64,000 nucleotides of DNA from Gonapodya sp. JEL0774 (GCA_027604505.1 JADIIX010000124.1:1-64000), one strand, 5' to 3'. Counted from the first letter of the stretch, positions 20,858-35,290 are shown. Notes: generated by a model not told the origin, from the sequence alone. Program-made: numbers and translations.

Positions 20858-23800
20858 ATGTCTGATTCTCTTGGACAATTCGCAAAGCGAAACCCGTTTG
20901 ACCTCAATTTCGCACAAGAATGGACCGATCAGACTGAATTTTTCCGTCATGCTGCCGCTGGTGTGTTCTTTTGCTTCTCCTTTGTTTGATGCCGGTCCGC
21001 GGCTGGGGATTCTTCTTGGTCCCATTGTGCTGGTATAAACTCGGGGCACAAATCAGTGATGATTGACGTGGGACGAGTGATCCGTGTAAGGAGCTTAAAA
21101 ACAGTGGCCGCATCGTATCGATTTCCTATATCCACGCATCGCACTGGCGTTGTCTCTGTTTCGCCCAGTCCCCGCACTTGTGTCTTCTGAAAACATCTCT
21201 CACTCCTTGCGCGCTCCACTGAACCTCAGACCTCCAAATCGGCCAGCTCCTCCATTCTTCCGCGTTTACTCTCCATGAAGCCATGGCTGCTGTCGAGGTA
21301 CCGTTGCTGCTTCCCGTTTCATCCCACAACTTTCCCTGACCCTCCCTCGCTCACCCCGCTCTCAACGCTCTTGTTTCTAGATAATGGACCCCAAAATGGA
21401 CATTGGCATGACGCCCCCCGCGTCTTCATTCTCCTCCTCCGCACCTAAACAAGACTCCCGCACCATCGCTCGTGCACACCTCCTTCCCCACGAGCTCGTA
21501 GGCGTCATGGACCAGTTGGTGGCCAGGGAGGTATGTATACATGGGACGGGGGGACGGGAAGGGTGGGTCCCGGGGTAAGAGAAGCGGTGGAACGTTGTGC
21601 TGTAACAAGGGGTTCGCGGTGAAAGTGAGAGCACGAGACCAAGGGAGTGTGGACGGTGCCGGGGTTCAATGAAAGAATAAAAATTCGAGGGACTGGAACT
21701 TGCGGAGTGTCGGAGTGTCCACAAAGAATGGAAATCGGAGCGCGGGTGGACGTGGGTAGTTGTATGCAATTTGATGAGTTATGGCGTTGTTAGTTCCCCC
21801 ACAATCGTCCGACGGCCTGCTCCTCGTCGCATCCACCTTCACGGACGGTGTAGGCATGAGCATCCCCACGTCGCACTCAACAGCAACCATCCTCCCTTCC
21901 TCGTTTCCCAATCCCTCCCTCCACCTCCCATATCCCCGCGGTGACCCCGCCACCAGCTCTCCTTCCTCTCGGGCCACCCCTTCCCCCTCACCCTTCTCCC
22001 CTCGCTGCACCTCCTCCACCACCCACTCCCACCCTCACTGCTCTCTGCATTCTCCACAGCCCTGCTCACCTCCGTCTCCCTCGCTGCTACTGCCATCGCC
22101 AAGAGCCGAGTCGCGGGGGAAGAGGATTTCGCAGGCGGGGTGGACAAAGATTACGCCGCGGCGGCGGGAGGAGACCCGAGCGAGGTTGCAGAGAGGTGTA
22201 GGAGGGCAGAGGAGGCCCTGGAGAAGAACGGTTGGGCAGCGGTGTTGGCGGGGGGTCCGGGCGGAGGGACGTCAGGTGCAACGAAGAAAGGAGGGCAGGA
22301 AGGAGAGGTGGATTACACGTTGACCGAGCAGGAGAAGAAGGAGCTGGTGGATGGGGTGGTGGCGAGGTTGAGGCTGAGGAGGGTGAGTTTGGACATTTCT
22401 TGATCTAGTTTTAATGTAGTTGCAACGGTGGACGGCAAGTGCTGGCGACGGCTAGAAGGGAGACAACGTGTGAAAACAGTCCGGAGTGGCGAGTACAAAT
22501 TGCTAGTCCCGGCACGAACTGTTTCACAACAGCGGTTTTCAATTCCCCTCTCTCCATCCCCCCCAACCAAGTTCTACCTTATCTCCCTCCACCACCTTAC
22601 CCACCCTCCACTCTCCAAGAACCTCCCTCTGGCCCGAAAGAATCTTTCCTCGGCCCTGTCCACCCTGGCCGTGCTCCTCAGGTCCGCGCATTTCCAAAAG
22701 TTTGCGATAACAGACCCACCGGACGTGGCCAAGTACTTTGACGAGAACGAGGCCCGAGGGAGGATGGGCGGGGTCTTGGCCAGGAGTATCGTTGTCGGAG
22801 GTGTTGAGGCTGTAGGTTGACCCGATGGTGGGCGCAGGGGGATAGGACGCGGGGGCGTGTGGGTGTGAGGGGGGGCAATGTTTGCGACGGGGGTGAGGTG
22901 AGACCGATGTCTCACTCTCTTACTCTCGTCTCCTTCCACTCCCCTCCAATGATTGCATCCCGCGACGTACCTGCATCGCCTGGCTTCTGGCGTCGCTTAC
23001 CTCGTAATTCGTCGGTTCCGGGTCTCCTTGTGGGTCCCATCTCTCCCTACGTGTGTCCCAGGCGTACCGTGACATGGAATCCATGTTCACCCAGCTGCTC
23101 GAGGTGTGCGATTTGCCACAACATGGGACTTTGACAGGGTTGATGGTGCGTTGGTGCTAGTTTGGTGGGGCGGCAGGTATCGTTCGGGCTGGTGGTCTCG
23201 TGTGGTGGTCAGATTGATGGAATTGTGGTTTGTATGCTTGTGCGGGTCACGTAGCGTGGCCTCCATGCCTTTTTCTGTTGCTTCTGCTTTCTTTTGGTGT
23301 TCGCTTCAGCATTCAATTCACTCACCTCTCCTTCGCATCTGTGTTGTCATTTCCGCCGTGTCCTTTCTCGTATGATTTTCCCAAACGACATCATCGGAAA
23401 GAACCATCTGGCATTGTTCGCCGCCAAAAAGCCCGCGTCGAATATCCTCGTCCGATCGCTCCTCTATGTACGTCCGTTCGCGTGAAGTCCTGTGATATCT
23501 TTGGCACATGCGCCGAGCAGAAGTTCCGCTAGCTCCTTCAAATGCAAAGAGCATGGTCATCTGTAACGCGCTGACTCACTGTATCACTATCCCCTCACGT
23601 GCCAGACCACCCTTCTTCCCAACCCGTCGACATTCCGCCTTTTTGACCGCATCCCTGCGTCCCAGCTCGTTAAGGAATCTGTGGAGAAGTTCTGCAAACT
23701 CACCTATTTTTACGATTCGAGGCCCGCTCCAGTGGGGAGGATAGCCGATGGCTTTCTGGTGCTCGCCGCAGAGGTGAGTCGGAGGAATGACCAGAAGGAG

Positions 23801-25460
23801 GGAAAGATAGTTTTGGGGGTTCGAGTTGGGTGCGCCTTTTGCGAAACCGTGATGCAGAGTTGTCTCATGTCCGCTGGTGAAAGCCAATTATGACCACCGT
23901 TCTCTTTTGTTGTTCACATCTCTAGCCCGTGCTCACTTTGATCAAAGCACTGTGCCACAACCGCGCGCGGCAGAGGAGAATGCTCCACAAGTGTGTGGAC
24001 GCGTTCGAGGGGTGTCAAGCTGAAGTGAGTTTCGATATTCGAACTGAACAAGGTTTCGCGGTTGTGTCTCGACGGTGGAGGAAAATGGTATTGCCTATGT
24101 GTTTCTGAGATATTGACGGAGGAAAATGGTATTACCTATGTGTTTCTGAGATATTGACGGAGGAAAATGGTATTGCCTATGTGTTTCTGAGATACTGACG
24201 GTGGTGCGTGTTTGTTGTTGGTTTCGGCTGGGTTGTCTTGCGTGTGGGAAAGGCAGAGGCGATGGATACCGAACTGCATGGGTTGATGGTGACGCATGGG
24301 ATTATCAAGGTTGGTGGAACATGAGTGTTAATTGTTTTCAGGACTAAGTATAACGCGCAATCTCCTTCGTATACAGGAGGTGAAAAAGACTATCATCTAG
24401 TCGTTCGGCCATTGTTCCCGAATCTGACGGTTGACTGTGCATTCACGAAGACAATCGACACATACTTCCTCTCTTCTTGGATCTACCACCAAAAACTCCG
24501 CCTTCTCGAGAACATTCTCATCATGGGATTTGAACTGGAACTATACAGCCCGTACGAATATGTGATGATCTTGTGGTAAGCATTTCGAATCGCCGTCCTC
24601 GAGGCATCCGACAAGATCTCCCATTCTTCCGGTTTCTACAGGTATCTCCTAGCCATCCTTGATGCTCACCATAGTCATTTACGGAGAGTGGAGAGTATGA
24701 CTGCGGCCCGTGAGCGGACATTGACAAAACCGGGTTCTGGGAAGTCCGCTGGCGCTAAAGCGAAGCAGCAGGCAAAGGAACCGCAGCCAAGTTTAAACTT
24801 CTTGGACATTTTGTTCGTATCCGGTATGACGGATTTTGTGAGAGCGCATATGCAAGTGGGTTACACTCAACTTTTTTCGGGGCGAGTGTCATCCTCTCAG
24901 AAAGGTTGTAGATTCACCCTTCTCATTTTTCATGATTTTTCACAATCAGCTGGCTGCGTCTTTAACAAATCTTGGGATGATTCCGAACCCTCAGTCAGAC
25001 TTTGATGACGAAAGTGTGCGATACGCACACCGATTTAGATTATTTTCGAGGCTCGGGAGCCCGAGGATTGCCACATATGAGGAGTTCGTGGGAGATTTCG
25101 AGGAGATGCGGCGGCAGGTCAGTGAGGGCGCTGACAAACCCATCAGATTTGCTCTTACTGTTACGTCACCGCAATCGTTTGCACAAGCCCAAGCTGCTTC
25201 TCCACTCGGCGCAACAATTTCAAACCGCAAAGAGTATGTTTGATCATATTGTGTCGCTTCCACCTACAGCGACGCGTACTGAGCTGTGCAATGACGAGTT
25301 TTCACTAAGTTTGCGGGCACTCGCGAAGAATTGTGTATTGAATGGAGTAGTGGTCAAGCTCCTGCAGACTGTCGCGGAAGGCGGTGGGGTGGGCGACAGA
25401 AAAATTGCACCCCAATTAGGGGTCGGATCTTTCCCGGTGTGGAGTTTTGTAAAGCGGTAG
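20858..25460 (+). CDS. MAK10: NatC N-terminal acetyltransferase auxiliary subunit (Mak10/NAA35)
   Basis: Spliced LQIGQLLHSSAFTLHEAMAAVE|IMDPKMDIG, LCHNRARQRRML, LIMGFELELYSPYEYVMILW and RYAHRFRLF, all typical of the Mak10 family. Confidence 0.88.
24077..24201 (+). repeat. Intronic tandem repeat, 3 x 41 bp
   Basis: Unit ggaggaaaatggtattgcctatgtgtttctgagatattgac starts at 24077, 24118 and 24159, with 1-2 mismatches. Confidence 0.95.
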
Positions 25461-25591
25461 CAAGGTAGTGGTATGCGTTATGGGGACATTGCACTCCCGC
25501 GCCGAACGTACACCGAAAGAACAAACCACAACAGAGGATTCATCCCATTATCTCCCCTTTGTCACCGAACTAGCAACCGCAAGCTGACGTG

Positions 25592-28503
25592 ATGGCAGAT
25601 TCTCTTTCCAAAGCGTGGGTACCACGCAATGAATCGTTGGGTGTGCTGATGGAAAGAGAACTTGACGCCGATCTTCTCGTCGAGTAGGCCCGTTGATTTC
25701 AGCGCCGCTTTGAGGAAAGCGAAGGAGATCGCCCAGAAACTTGGGGCAGGCGCTGGTTCCACGCCGGGGGTGCCTTCCAGTTCATGGAATACTCGTAAGT
25801 TGGGAGCAACAGACAACGTTCGTTGTATTTTCCATTTTCAAACAAGCGCCGACGGAATTCAATTGTATCCAAAGAAGAATCATCTAGAAATGATGACGAA
25901 GATCGCTATCGCCGGGAGCCGCGCGAACCGAGGGATCGACCGGATGACCGTGAGTGAAATAGCTGCGCGTCACGCCTGCCATCCAATGACATGTGGACTC
26001 TTTGAATAATTTCCGACTGTATTATGTTCCGTCTTGTCAGATCATCGTGAACGTGACCGCCGCCGAAGTCGCTCGCGCTCCCGGTCACCAGGTCGGCGAA
26101 ATGACGACAACCGTGACCGGGACCGAGACCGCTACCGCGACCGGGATGAGGACCGCTCTCGTGCACGATATGGCCTGGGCTCTGAAGAGCAAAAAACTCG
26201 TGACTCGAACCGGCCCTCTTACGGTTCCAATGCAACTGGTGCGAAGCAGGAAGAGATGACTGTTCCTAGTGCTGTTGTATGTTTCTGCTTCATCTTGTTT
26301 TGTTTTGATTATAAAACACATAAATTGATGACGTTTTTTATTTCCAGGTCGGCCTAATCATTGGCAAGGGGGGTACGAACTTAAAGGAGATCGAGGCCGA
26401 CACCAAAGCCAAAGTTCAGTTCAAGGGAGGTCTGTTTCACCTTTCCTGCGCCATGATCAGCCTATCTATTTTCTAGATTTTAATTCTTCAATCCTTATAG
26501 AGCAAAGTGACCCCGAGCGCCATGTGACAATCACCGGATCACCTGAAGCAGTAGAGGCTGCCAGAAAGCGTATACAGGCAGTGGTAAATGAGCAAACTGA
26601 AAAGCAGGCGACGAGATTCCTTCAGGTACTGATGGAGTCTAAGCTGTCTAATCGATCGATGTCATATTTAGTAACGTCGCAATCTACATGCCAATCACAA
26701 GCAAACAACCGCGCCAGGCTCCTCGATTGGGTCGAATCATTACGGGTCTGGTGACCGAGGCGGAGGTGGGGGAATGGGTGGTGGTGTGGGAGGACCTCGT
26801 GGTCCAGGCATTGGCGAGAGCACCACGTCAATTAATATTCCGAAGTCAACTGTGGGACTTATTATTGGAAAAGGTGAGTTAACCTACTTGCATCTTATAT
26901 ACACGATGAATATCAAGAAATGGTGTTTCTACTAGGCGGAGAGACCGTTCAACGCCTCTCCCGAGAATCCGGAGCGCGTATCAATGTGACACCCGATGCC
27001 CAATCGGATCCGTCCTCGAACGAGAGGATTGTCACCGTCGTTGGAGCCCCGCAGGCGATTGAGGAGGCTAAACGACTTATTGAAGAAATTGTTTCGAACG
27101 CTCGAGAGAACATGGGCATGAGGGTAAGCATTTCACCGGTTTAGAGGCGCATTGTTTGTACTCAATATTTTTGATGCTTCAGCCCAACGCTCCCATGGGA
27201 ATGGGAATGGGTGGTGGCATGGGTGGTGGCATGGGTGGTGGCATGGGTGGGGGCCAAAACCAAGAGATCATGCAAGTCCCGAGCGAGGTGAGTAGTAGCT
27301 TGAGATTCGCGGCTAGAGGGTTCCGTATCGATTCGTAGTTTGCATTTGTTGCAGTTTGTCGGAACGATTATCGGGAAGCAAGGCTCCGAAATCAGGAATT
27401 TGGAATCACTTACAGGTTGCCGAATCAACGTCCAACAAGCAGGTACAGGGCTCTCCACCCGTGATGTTACTCTACGAGGTAGGAATGTCCGCTTTGAAAC
27501 AATGTCCGCGGATCACTTCTCATCTCCGACTGTGCCTGCCTAGGACCTCCCGATCGGATCGCATATGCCAAGCAACTAATCGAAGAGAAAATCGAGCAAG
27601 CTGCAAACGTAATTAGCGCAATTCTTCCTCGCATTTCCCCGTTTGGCTTTGTCGCGTGTCCCCGTGTGACCAGCCTTCAGCGGCGGGGTTTATTTAGGAC
27701 CTTCGTTGGGGGGCCAAATGGCCCCCCTGACTGACTTGCCGTTGTCTTTCTCTTTTGCATATGGTTTGCCTCGCTTCTGTCCCGGTGAATTTTTCGTCGT
27801 CATCGTCGTCGTTTCCTCGCATTCTCTGTGTCTTTCTATGTTGTCATCGTCACGGCGGTTCGTTTGTATTCGCTTTTGTGGTCGTATGTTTCACTTTTCG
27901 GTCTCGTTCTTCGAAAATGAACTGTGTCGCGTGACAGCGTGGCCCGGGTGGGGGTGGTGGTGGTGGAGGGGGGAGGGGCCGGTAGGTTGTTTTCAGCAGT
28001 TTTTTGAGTTGTTTCACCCACGAGTTCACTCTTCGTGTTCGCCAGCTATCAAGAGTTTTCCAATGACTACCACCAGTACCAGCAACCGCAACAACAACCT
28101 CAGGCCGCAGCCGACCCATATGCCGGGTGGTATCAGCAGCAAGGTTGGTATCTTTATTAGTCTCCCTTGGCATGCGCCATGTCGTCAATGTCTTTGCGTT
28201 TTTCCCTCCGCCCCAGCAGCTGCCCAATCACAGCAACCCGCCGCAACCACCGCCGCATCCGGCCAACAGCCGGACCCAAATGCGGACCCAGCTGCTTACG
28301 CTGCTTGGTATCACCAAGTGATGAGTGATCCGAATTATGCCGGTGAGGAACACACCCATTTTTGTTCCTTGCCCAAGACATTGCCAAAAACATTTTGTAT
28401 ATGTCCGTCAGCGTACTATGCGGCTTACTACCAACAATACGCTCCCGGTGCAGATGGTTCAGCCACTGCACCACCAGGGTCTGAGAGGCCCCCCGGAGCG
28501 TGA
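25592..28503 (+). CDS. KH-domain RNA-binding protein, FUBP/KHSRP-like
   Basis: N-terminal DFSAALRKAKEIAQKL and an RS/RD-rich tract. Three KH GxxG loops (VGLIIGKGG twice, VGTIIGKQG). C-terminal Tyr-rich AYAAWY/YYAAYYQQY motifs. Confidence 0.85.
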
Positions 28504-28606
28504 AAAATTATCGGCCAATTTCTTTACGTGTGAAATCAATGCACGTCACTAGTTCAGTGTAACTACTAAGGAATGTGGTACTCTACAGTTTACAGATGGA
28601 CTCCAT

Positions 28607-30995
28607 TCATTTAAGCGAGAAACCTGTTTGGGGGAAATATTGATGTGTGAAATCCAGTAGAGTGCAACTTGCCGATGGTGCTTATAGATCTCACCCTTCC
28701 CAGAAAACGGAGATGCGCCTGTGTCCTTCCCGTTCTCCTTCCCATCATTCCCTGATACCGGAACTGGCACGGGATCTCGCACCTTCTCCTTCCCTTTCAA
28801 AGATGGGGCTACCTGAGGCGAAGTGGTTGGAGCAGGACTGGACCGAGGTCCCTTTTTAGCACGAAGAGATTGACCAGATCCAGTGAAGGCGGTTGTGGTT
28901 GGTTCTGACGGGTTGGAGGTGTTTGAAGGGACATTGGTGTCGGACTGCTTCTTTGGGGGTACGATTGGATAACCTACAATGATGCACAATAGTTAAGGTT
29001 CCTGCAAGAGAATACGTAGGCACACGCGATATCGTCTTACCAAAATACAACTTCCCCGGTGGAAGACGTAATGCTGCAGGAGCTTTCGGCTTCGCAGCAC
29101 TTGCAGGTACGGGAACTTGGAGACTCTCCGCGCTGCAAATAGAGAATTCGATTGATACCTGCGGTTCCCAATGACCCAAATTTGACTGACCACCGACTGA
29201 CCTTGCGACTGATCCCGGTACCGAGGGCTTCCCGTTCAGTTTGTTCCCCGACCCCCCGAAAGAATGGAACTGGTTTATTGTCCGCTCATGGGTGTGTTCC
29301 TCGATGGACATGTGCGAACCTGCTGCAGACATCTGTTACAGTTTAGGAAGGAGAGCAAGCGTAGCTGTTGAGGAGCTCCTCGAAAGCATTCTGACCAATC
29401 CTCCAACACGAATGGGCATGCTCAACGTACCACACTCGGCGGTCGTTTCACCGGCTTCGGTTCCTGGTACCCTACGGGCGGCGCAAAGTCTACCTCGACA
29501 TCTGTTTCCACGATGGAGATTGCCGACTTTTTATCTGTGGCTGGCTTGACTTCGAGAACTTCGATGTCGTAGGGTCGATTGTTATACATGAGGGAGATGA
29601 CGTCACCGGCGGTGAGAGTGGAGTAGGAGCGGAGAGCAGTTTCAAGGCTGGAGGATTTAAGTGCAGGGCAATGTGCAAGTTGTGGGTTTTGAGGTTTATA
29701 AGGATGAATAAACTTTCTCGAAAAGCTTTGCCCTCTCCGACAAAATTTACACATCTTCTCCGACTGCTAACACTCACACTGCGCGAGGATCGTGGATATC
29801 GAGAAAGTCTACCGACTGCGGTTGGATCTTGACCCAGTTCCCCAAGGGCAATGACGCGTTCTTAATCTGGACAAAGTCTCCTTGTTCCAGAAGGAGACTG
29901 TTCATCATCTTTACGAGAAGCGAGTAGCGGAGAGAATAGAGACGAGAGTGTACGCGTGCGATGTCGTCGTTGACGTTAGATATCAGGAGAGGTTGAACTC
30001 AACACTCCATTCAAGTGGTCAAACTCACCCAATTGGGCAAGTACACCCTTCCTTCCTCAGCAATGAATTCCAATACGCCTGCATGCGTCATTCGGTCTGC
30101 GTTCATGTTGTTGAGTTGAAACTGCATGGGGTACTCGATGTGGAGGCGTGCTAGACAGGAGGCATAGGATGAGCAGACATTTAGTTAGTTCACCGGTGAG
30201 TGTAGGAACGAAGGCAGCACAGAAGAATGCAATATGTGCGGAGAGCAGCCTGCCCAAGGAGCTCGATCATTCTCGATCATTCTCCACTCCATTTGACATC
30301 CAACGGGCTGTTCTTTACAATACAATCCAAAGCTTGCATTATTGCAAGACCCCAGCTACAACGGAGAACCTGGGAATGTGCGGTGTTCCGTAGACGTCCA
30401 TCGAAAAACACTTGTCATCTCACGCAACTTACAGAGCTTGTCGAGCGCCGAAGGCGGTAAAAGAACTTCGAGTTTGGATAATCGTCGAGAAATAGAGCAA
30501 TCATCGTGGGGAAAGGAACCGAGAGGAGACAGAGGTTCCAGTTCAGATGCAATCTTGTCCGATGTACAGGTCCAAACCACACACTTTTGCCGCCAAAGTT
30601 GACGTCAGTCCTCTCGTTTCCTTCCTTCATAGAAACTGAGTAGGCTCGAAATATTTCGGTCTGAGTCCAGAAATCCAAATTCGTCCGTGCAGTCGTTGAA
30701 GAAGAAAGTGATTCAATATCAACTGGGCAACGATACCAAAGATGCGTTGGCCATTCACGACTCACAAAGGCTCCGGATCCCACACGCATCATTCCTCCCT
30801 GCATGTGCCTGAGAATGTCTTCGTAGCTATTTGCACTGTTCCATGCCTGGTGGACGGGCGTAGATGGAGTAAAGAGTTGCGTAAGCGAAGACCAGGTCAG
30901 GAACGAGTGAATCGTTCCAGCAAGTCACGACTGTCCTCTTGTCGGCGTGCATGGCGGCGCTCGTCGGCTTTTATCTCCTCTTCGCTTCTTACCAT
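28607..30995 (-). CDS. UFD1: Ubiquitin fusion degradation protein Ufd1
   Basis: DVNFGGK, LPPSALDKL, THAGVLEFIAEEGRVYLPNW, VKIQPQSVDFLDI, SIVETDVEVDFAPPVGY, and SHP-like FTGSGQSL/FSGKGFSL. The ATG is a one-codon exon at 30993-30995. Confidence 0.93.
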
Positions 30996-31100
30996 GGCTG
31001 AAAATTGGAACAGGTTTGATTGAAGCAAGCTGAAAGCACTCGGCACATCTCGTGTGAGGCCACGGTCCGTCGCAACCTTGAAAAAAGCAATTCACTTTCC

Positions 31101-33137
31101 ATGGAACCACGGACGCTTTTCCTCGTGCGCGCAGCCGCATCCAGGCTAATTGTAACTCGCAATCTTGCCGTTCTTCCCCGGGCGGCGACGTGTGCGCGAC
31201 GGATTCCCCCTCCTTTCCGGATGTACCGTCCTCACCAGTCCAGATTCGCCTCATATACTTCCCACTCCGAATCCAAAGAACCTCCGCTCTCGGAAGAGTT
31301 GCTGGTGCCATATTACCGCTCCTTCCTTCGTCTTTTCCTTGCCGGTGTCCTGGGGTCCTTTGTAGTGTCGTACCTATACGATTCCCGCGCCGCCTTCCAC
31401 GAGCTCGTCCTTATGCCACTCGTCCACAAGACAATGGACCCGGAGGATGCTCACAAGCTCGCGATTTGGCTGGCGAGGAATGGACTGAGTCCAATCGAGA
31501 AGGTTGAACTGGACGACAAGTCGCTTGAGGTCGACGTGAGTATTTCATCCAGACAGAACAAGATTTCCTTCGGACCGGACACATAAAATAGCAACGCGCA
31601 GGATGAGATTTACCCCGAGCTTTAGATTCGATGGCAACTTGTGTTGAAATGAAAGTCGTCCTCCTTCTGGGGCACCTGACGTTCTCCTCACCATCATCCA
31701 CCCCCCGCATTAATTACACGTCTGCAAATCCGGTTAGCTTTTCGGAAGAACCTTGAGGAATCCTATCGGTCTCGCGGCAGGCTTTGACAAAAATGGGGAG
31801 GCCATTGATGCCATGTTCGACATGGGTTTCGCACAAGTGGAGATTGGAAGCGTCGTGCCCAGGTCTCAAGTGAGTGCCATTCATGATGCGAGAAAGCAAC
31901 ACAATATGAACTTTCTTCTTTTACCTTTGTAACACTTTTGACTCCGCACTCTCGTACAATCGTGTGCCGGCGTTGCCCTCCCGGCTTGCCGATCTCACTT
32001 TCCAGCCCGGAAACGCCAAACCCCGCATGTTCCGCCTCTCCGACGACTCCGCGTGCATCAATCGTTACGGCATGAACTGCGAAGGTTTCGACCCCATCGA
32101 GTCCCGCCTCCGTTCCCGCGTGCACTCCTACCTACGCGCCAACCCCTCCGTCTCCCTCGACCCTTCCCCGTCCTCTGTCGAGGCCGAGCTCTCCCCGCTT
32201 GATGTGCCGAGATCGTTGAGAAAGGGAAGGATGCTGGGGATCAATCTGGCGCGGAATAAGGACCAGCCCGTCGACAGTAATGCGGACTACGTAGAAGGTG
32301 TCAAGAGGATGGGACCGTATGCGGACTATGTGGTGCTCAATGTGAGCTGTCCGAATCAGCATGGTATTACGTCGATGCAGAGAAAGGGAATCATGGAGTC
32401 TTTGATGAAAGAGGTGAGTTGCGACCACTCACGAAACCACGGCCCATACTGTGACCAGATGCCCCTTTTCACCACCCACCTATCCCAACGCTCCACCCTC
32501 CCCACCGCCGTACCCTCTCCGGTCCAGATCGTCGCCACTCGGGACATGTCACTCCCCCACCGACCGCCCGTACTGGTCAAACTGAGTCCGGACCTTCAGG
32601 ACGACGAACTCCAAGACGTGGCGCGGGCCGTGTTGGACTCCAAAGTTGACGGCGTGATCATTTCAAACACGACGAATCAGAGACCAGAGTCGTTGAAGAG
32701 CGGTGAGTGGGAGCTGTGCGTTTGCGGTTCCCCGGTGGTGAGGACAACACAGCCGATAGACCACCCTGGAGCGCGTCACTGCCACGTTGCTTACTTAACA
32801 CACCATGCCCCTCCCACTCCCGCCCCCCTCAGCCCCTTCCCTCGTCTCGGAATGGGGCGGTCTCTCGGGCCCCCCCCTGAAACCCCTCTCCCTATCCCTC
32901 ATCCGCCGCTTCCGCCATCTCACCTCCTCCCTCGTCCCCATCATCGGCTGCGGCGGGATCACGTCTGGCTCGGATGCCATCGAGTACGCCAGGGCAGGCG
33001 CCAGTGCGGTCCAGGTGTACACGGGCGTGGCGTACGGGGGGCCTGGGTTGGTGGCCAAGGTGAAGAACGAGGTGAAGGAGGAGCTGAAGAGGAGGGGGAA
33101 GACGTGGATGGAGGTGGTTGGGGAGGAAGAGGGGTAA
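31101..33137 (+). CDS. URA9: Class 2 (mitochondrial-type) dihydroorotate dehydrogenase
   Basis: Arg-rich presequence and TM helix, [83 protein letters not shown] and ASAVQVYT. Confidence 0.95.
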
Positions 33138-33927
33138 GGGGGGGCTGAGCGCGGGGTGGTTGAGGTAGGGAGAAGCATGGTGCGGGCCCAGACGGGTCTG
33201 AAATGTTGCAGACTTCCGGTTCTTTTGTTGGCCCCGTGTGAGGTTCTTTTTTGCAGTTGGTGGTGGACCAGTGGTAGTTGGTCGTGGGACCTGTTTGCAA
33301 TGACCGGCGCTGCTTTTTCCTTTTTTTTTTTTTTTTTTGGCACTACTCATGTTTAGAGATTATAGATATCTGGACGGGAACGGTGCGGGGCCGTGCGGTG
33401 TGGTGGGGCGCAGCAAGCAGTGTCGAGGTTATACCGAAATGCACAGAAGAAGGCCCGAAGCAAATCGATATCAAAATAGAATGTGTGCACATGGTACCGT
33501 GGATCAACTTCTCCTCTCTTGTCTCTTGTCTCTTCTCTAATGGAATTATCCACCCGCGATGCGATGCGACGGCAGCGGGAAACTTAAACTCAGAACCTGA
33601 CCAGGCCACGCGTCCGACACAACAATCAAGAGGAACAACCATACGGAAATAGGTAGGGGAAAAAAACAAACAAACAAACAAACAAAAGATCACAGTTCAG
33701 AAACTGGGGGGAGGGGTGGGACGAGCGATGGAGCGCGTGCCGGTGGGGTTGGGAGGGTACATGGAGTTATGGAGCATGAAAGGTGCGACGTGATTGGTGT
33801 GCGGTGTGCGTGTGGTCCGTGTCGGTCGTGATGGAGAGTTGGTCTTTACAATGCCCGTCGTGCGCGTCGTGCGCGTCGTGCGGCGCCGTGTCAGACTCCC
33901 ACCCCCCACGCCGTCTCTCCACCCGAC

Positions 33928-35290
33928 CTACTGCCCCCCCGTCCTCCCCTCGGCCCACGCCCACGCGACCAACCACCTCCTCATGCCCGCGTTGGGGTCC
34001 GCCCCTTTCCTCCTCTCCATCACACATCGCATGGCCCCGTCGAGGTCCATCCGGGTGCGCAGGAGGACGTACAGGGTGGCGATCGTGGGTGAGCGGGATA
34101 TGCCAAGGGAGCAGTGGATGAGGGTGGCGGAGGGGGAGTGGTCGAGGTCGCTGGGGTGCGGGGGCCGGTGGGTTACGGGGGTGTGGGCGGGGGTGGGCAC
34201 GGGGGGGGCAGAGGTGGTGGGCGGCGGCGTGACGTGGTCGGGGTCGTCGGGGTGGGTGATGTGGCCGTCGTGGTCGTGGTCGTGTCGCACGGTTCCGTTT
34301 CCGGTAACCGTCCCGTTTCCGTTCTCCATCGCCACCGCCAACTCGGACGGCTCGCTGCGACTCTTCCCGATGGCCAGGCCCTGGTCAACGAAGCGGACCA
34401 TGTCGTGGATCCACTGGGGCAGGTGCGGGTGAGGGGTTAGGTGGGAGAGGTGGGAATGAAGAGAAGGGGGACGGGCAGGAAGGAGTTGAGGGGTGAGAAT
34501 CGCACGCGTGTGCAGAGAAGTGTGGTGAGCTGGTGTGACGTCACGAGATTCGAAGCAACGCAAAACAGAGTGGCTAAGTTGCAAGGTACGAGTGCCCAGG
34601 GTTCTACATTCCCAGCATAGCATACATGGAAATAGAACGAGGGAATGGGCAGCTCGAGGGTCCGGGGAATTTGATTGTTTCACAGTTTTACAGTGACCCC
34701 CGCACGGGACCGATATGGGCGAGCGAGGTCCTCACCGCATTGCGGTCTCCGAGTTTCCGTGTAACTAAGAGAAGAAAGCACCAGAGAAAACTCACCACTT
34801 TGGGGGGCCCGAGGTCCCGTATACCACGGTAGGTATCTCTTATGTTGAGGAACTTTGACTGTATACCGTGCTGGTCATACAAGGCGACGGTGTCGTCCCC
34901 CCACTGCTCGTCACTGCAGTTGAGGACTGCCTTGACGTTGCGTTGGAGGAGAAGGGGGATGTTGCGTGCTGCTGCCATGTTTCCGACGTAGAGGACGCAC
35001 ACGTGACCGGATGGGTGGACAAAGGAGAGGACTGGGTTCATGTCGTTTCCGCCGATTGGTTCGTGGTGTGGGCGTGGAGCGAGGAACGAGGAGAGTAACG
35101 CGGGTTTCTTTGACGAGTGTGGTGGGTGGTGTGGGTAGGTCGCCAGTGCGTGTGTTGCGGGCAGGGGCGACTTGAGTTCAGCGGGTGCGAGCGACGTCAA
35201 GTCCACATTGTCGGAAGAGTCTGGTTTAGCCGATGGGGATTCCACTGCCTGCGACCCACTGCCGGGTGGTGTGGACATGCGGGCTCCCAT
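33928..35290 (-). CDS. Dual-specificity protein phosphatase
   Basis: LYVGNMAAARN...VKAVLNCS and the active-site motif IHCSLGISRSPT (HCxxGxSRS), followed by PNAGM. A His/Pro-rich low-complexity insert is present. Confidence 0.88.

Noticed and set aside
21781..22403. Several overlapping long ORFs in a C-rich then G-rich segment
   Set aside because: These are a low-complexity exon and intron of MAK10, and the other frames are open only because of skewed composition.
24077..24201. 41-bp repeats as a possible CRISPR array
   Set aside because: The units are directly adjacent with no unique spacers, lie in a MAK10 intron, and have no cas genes nearby. This is a simple minisatellite.
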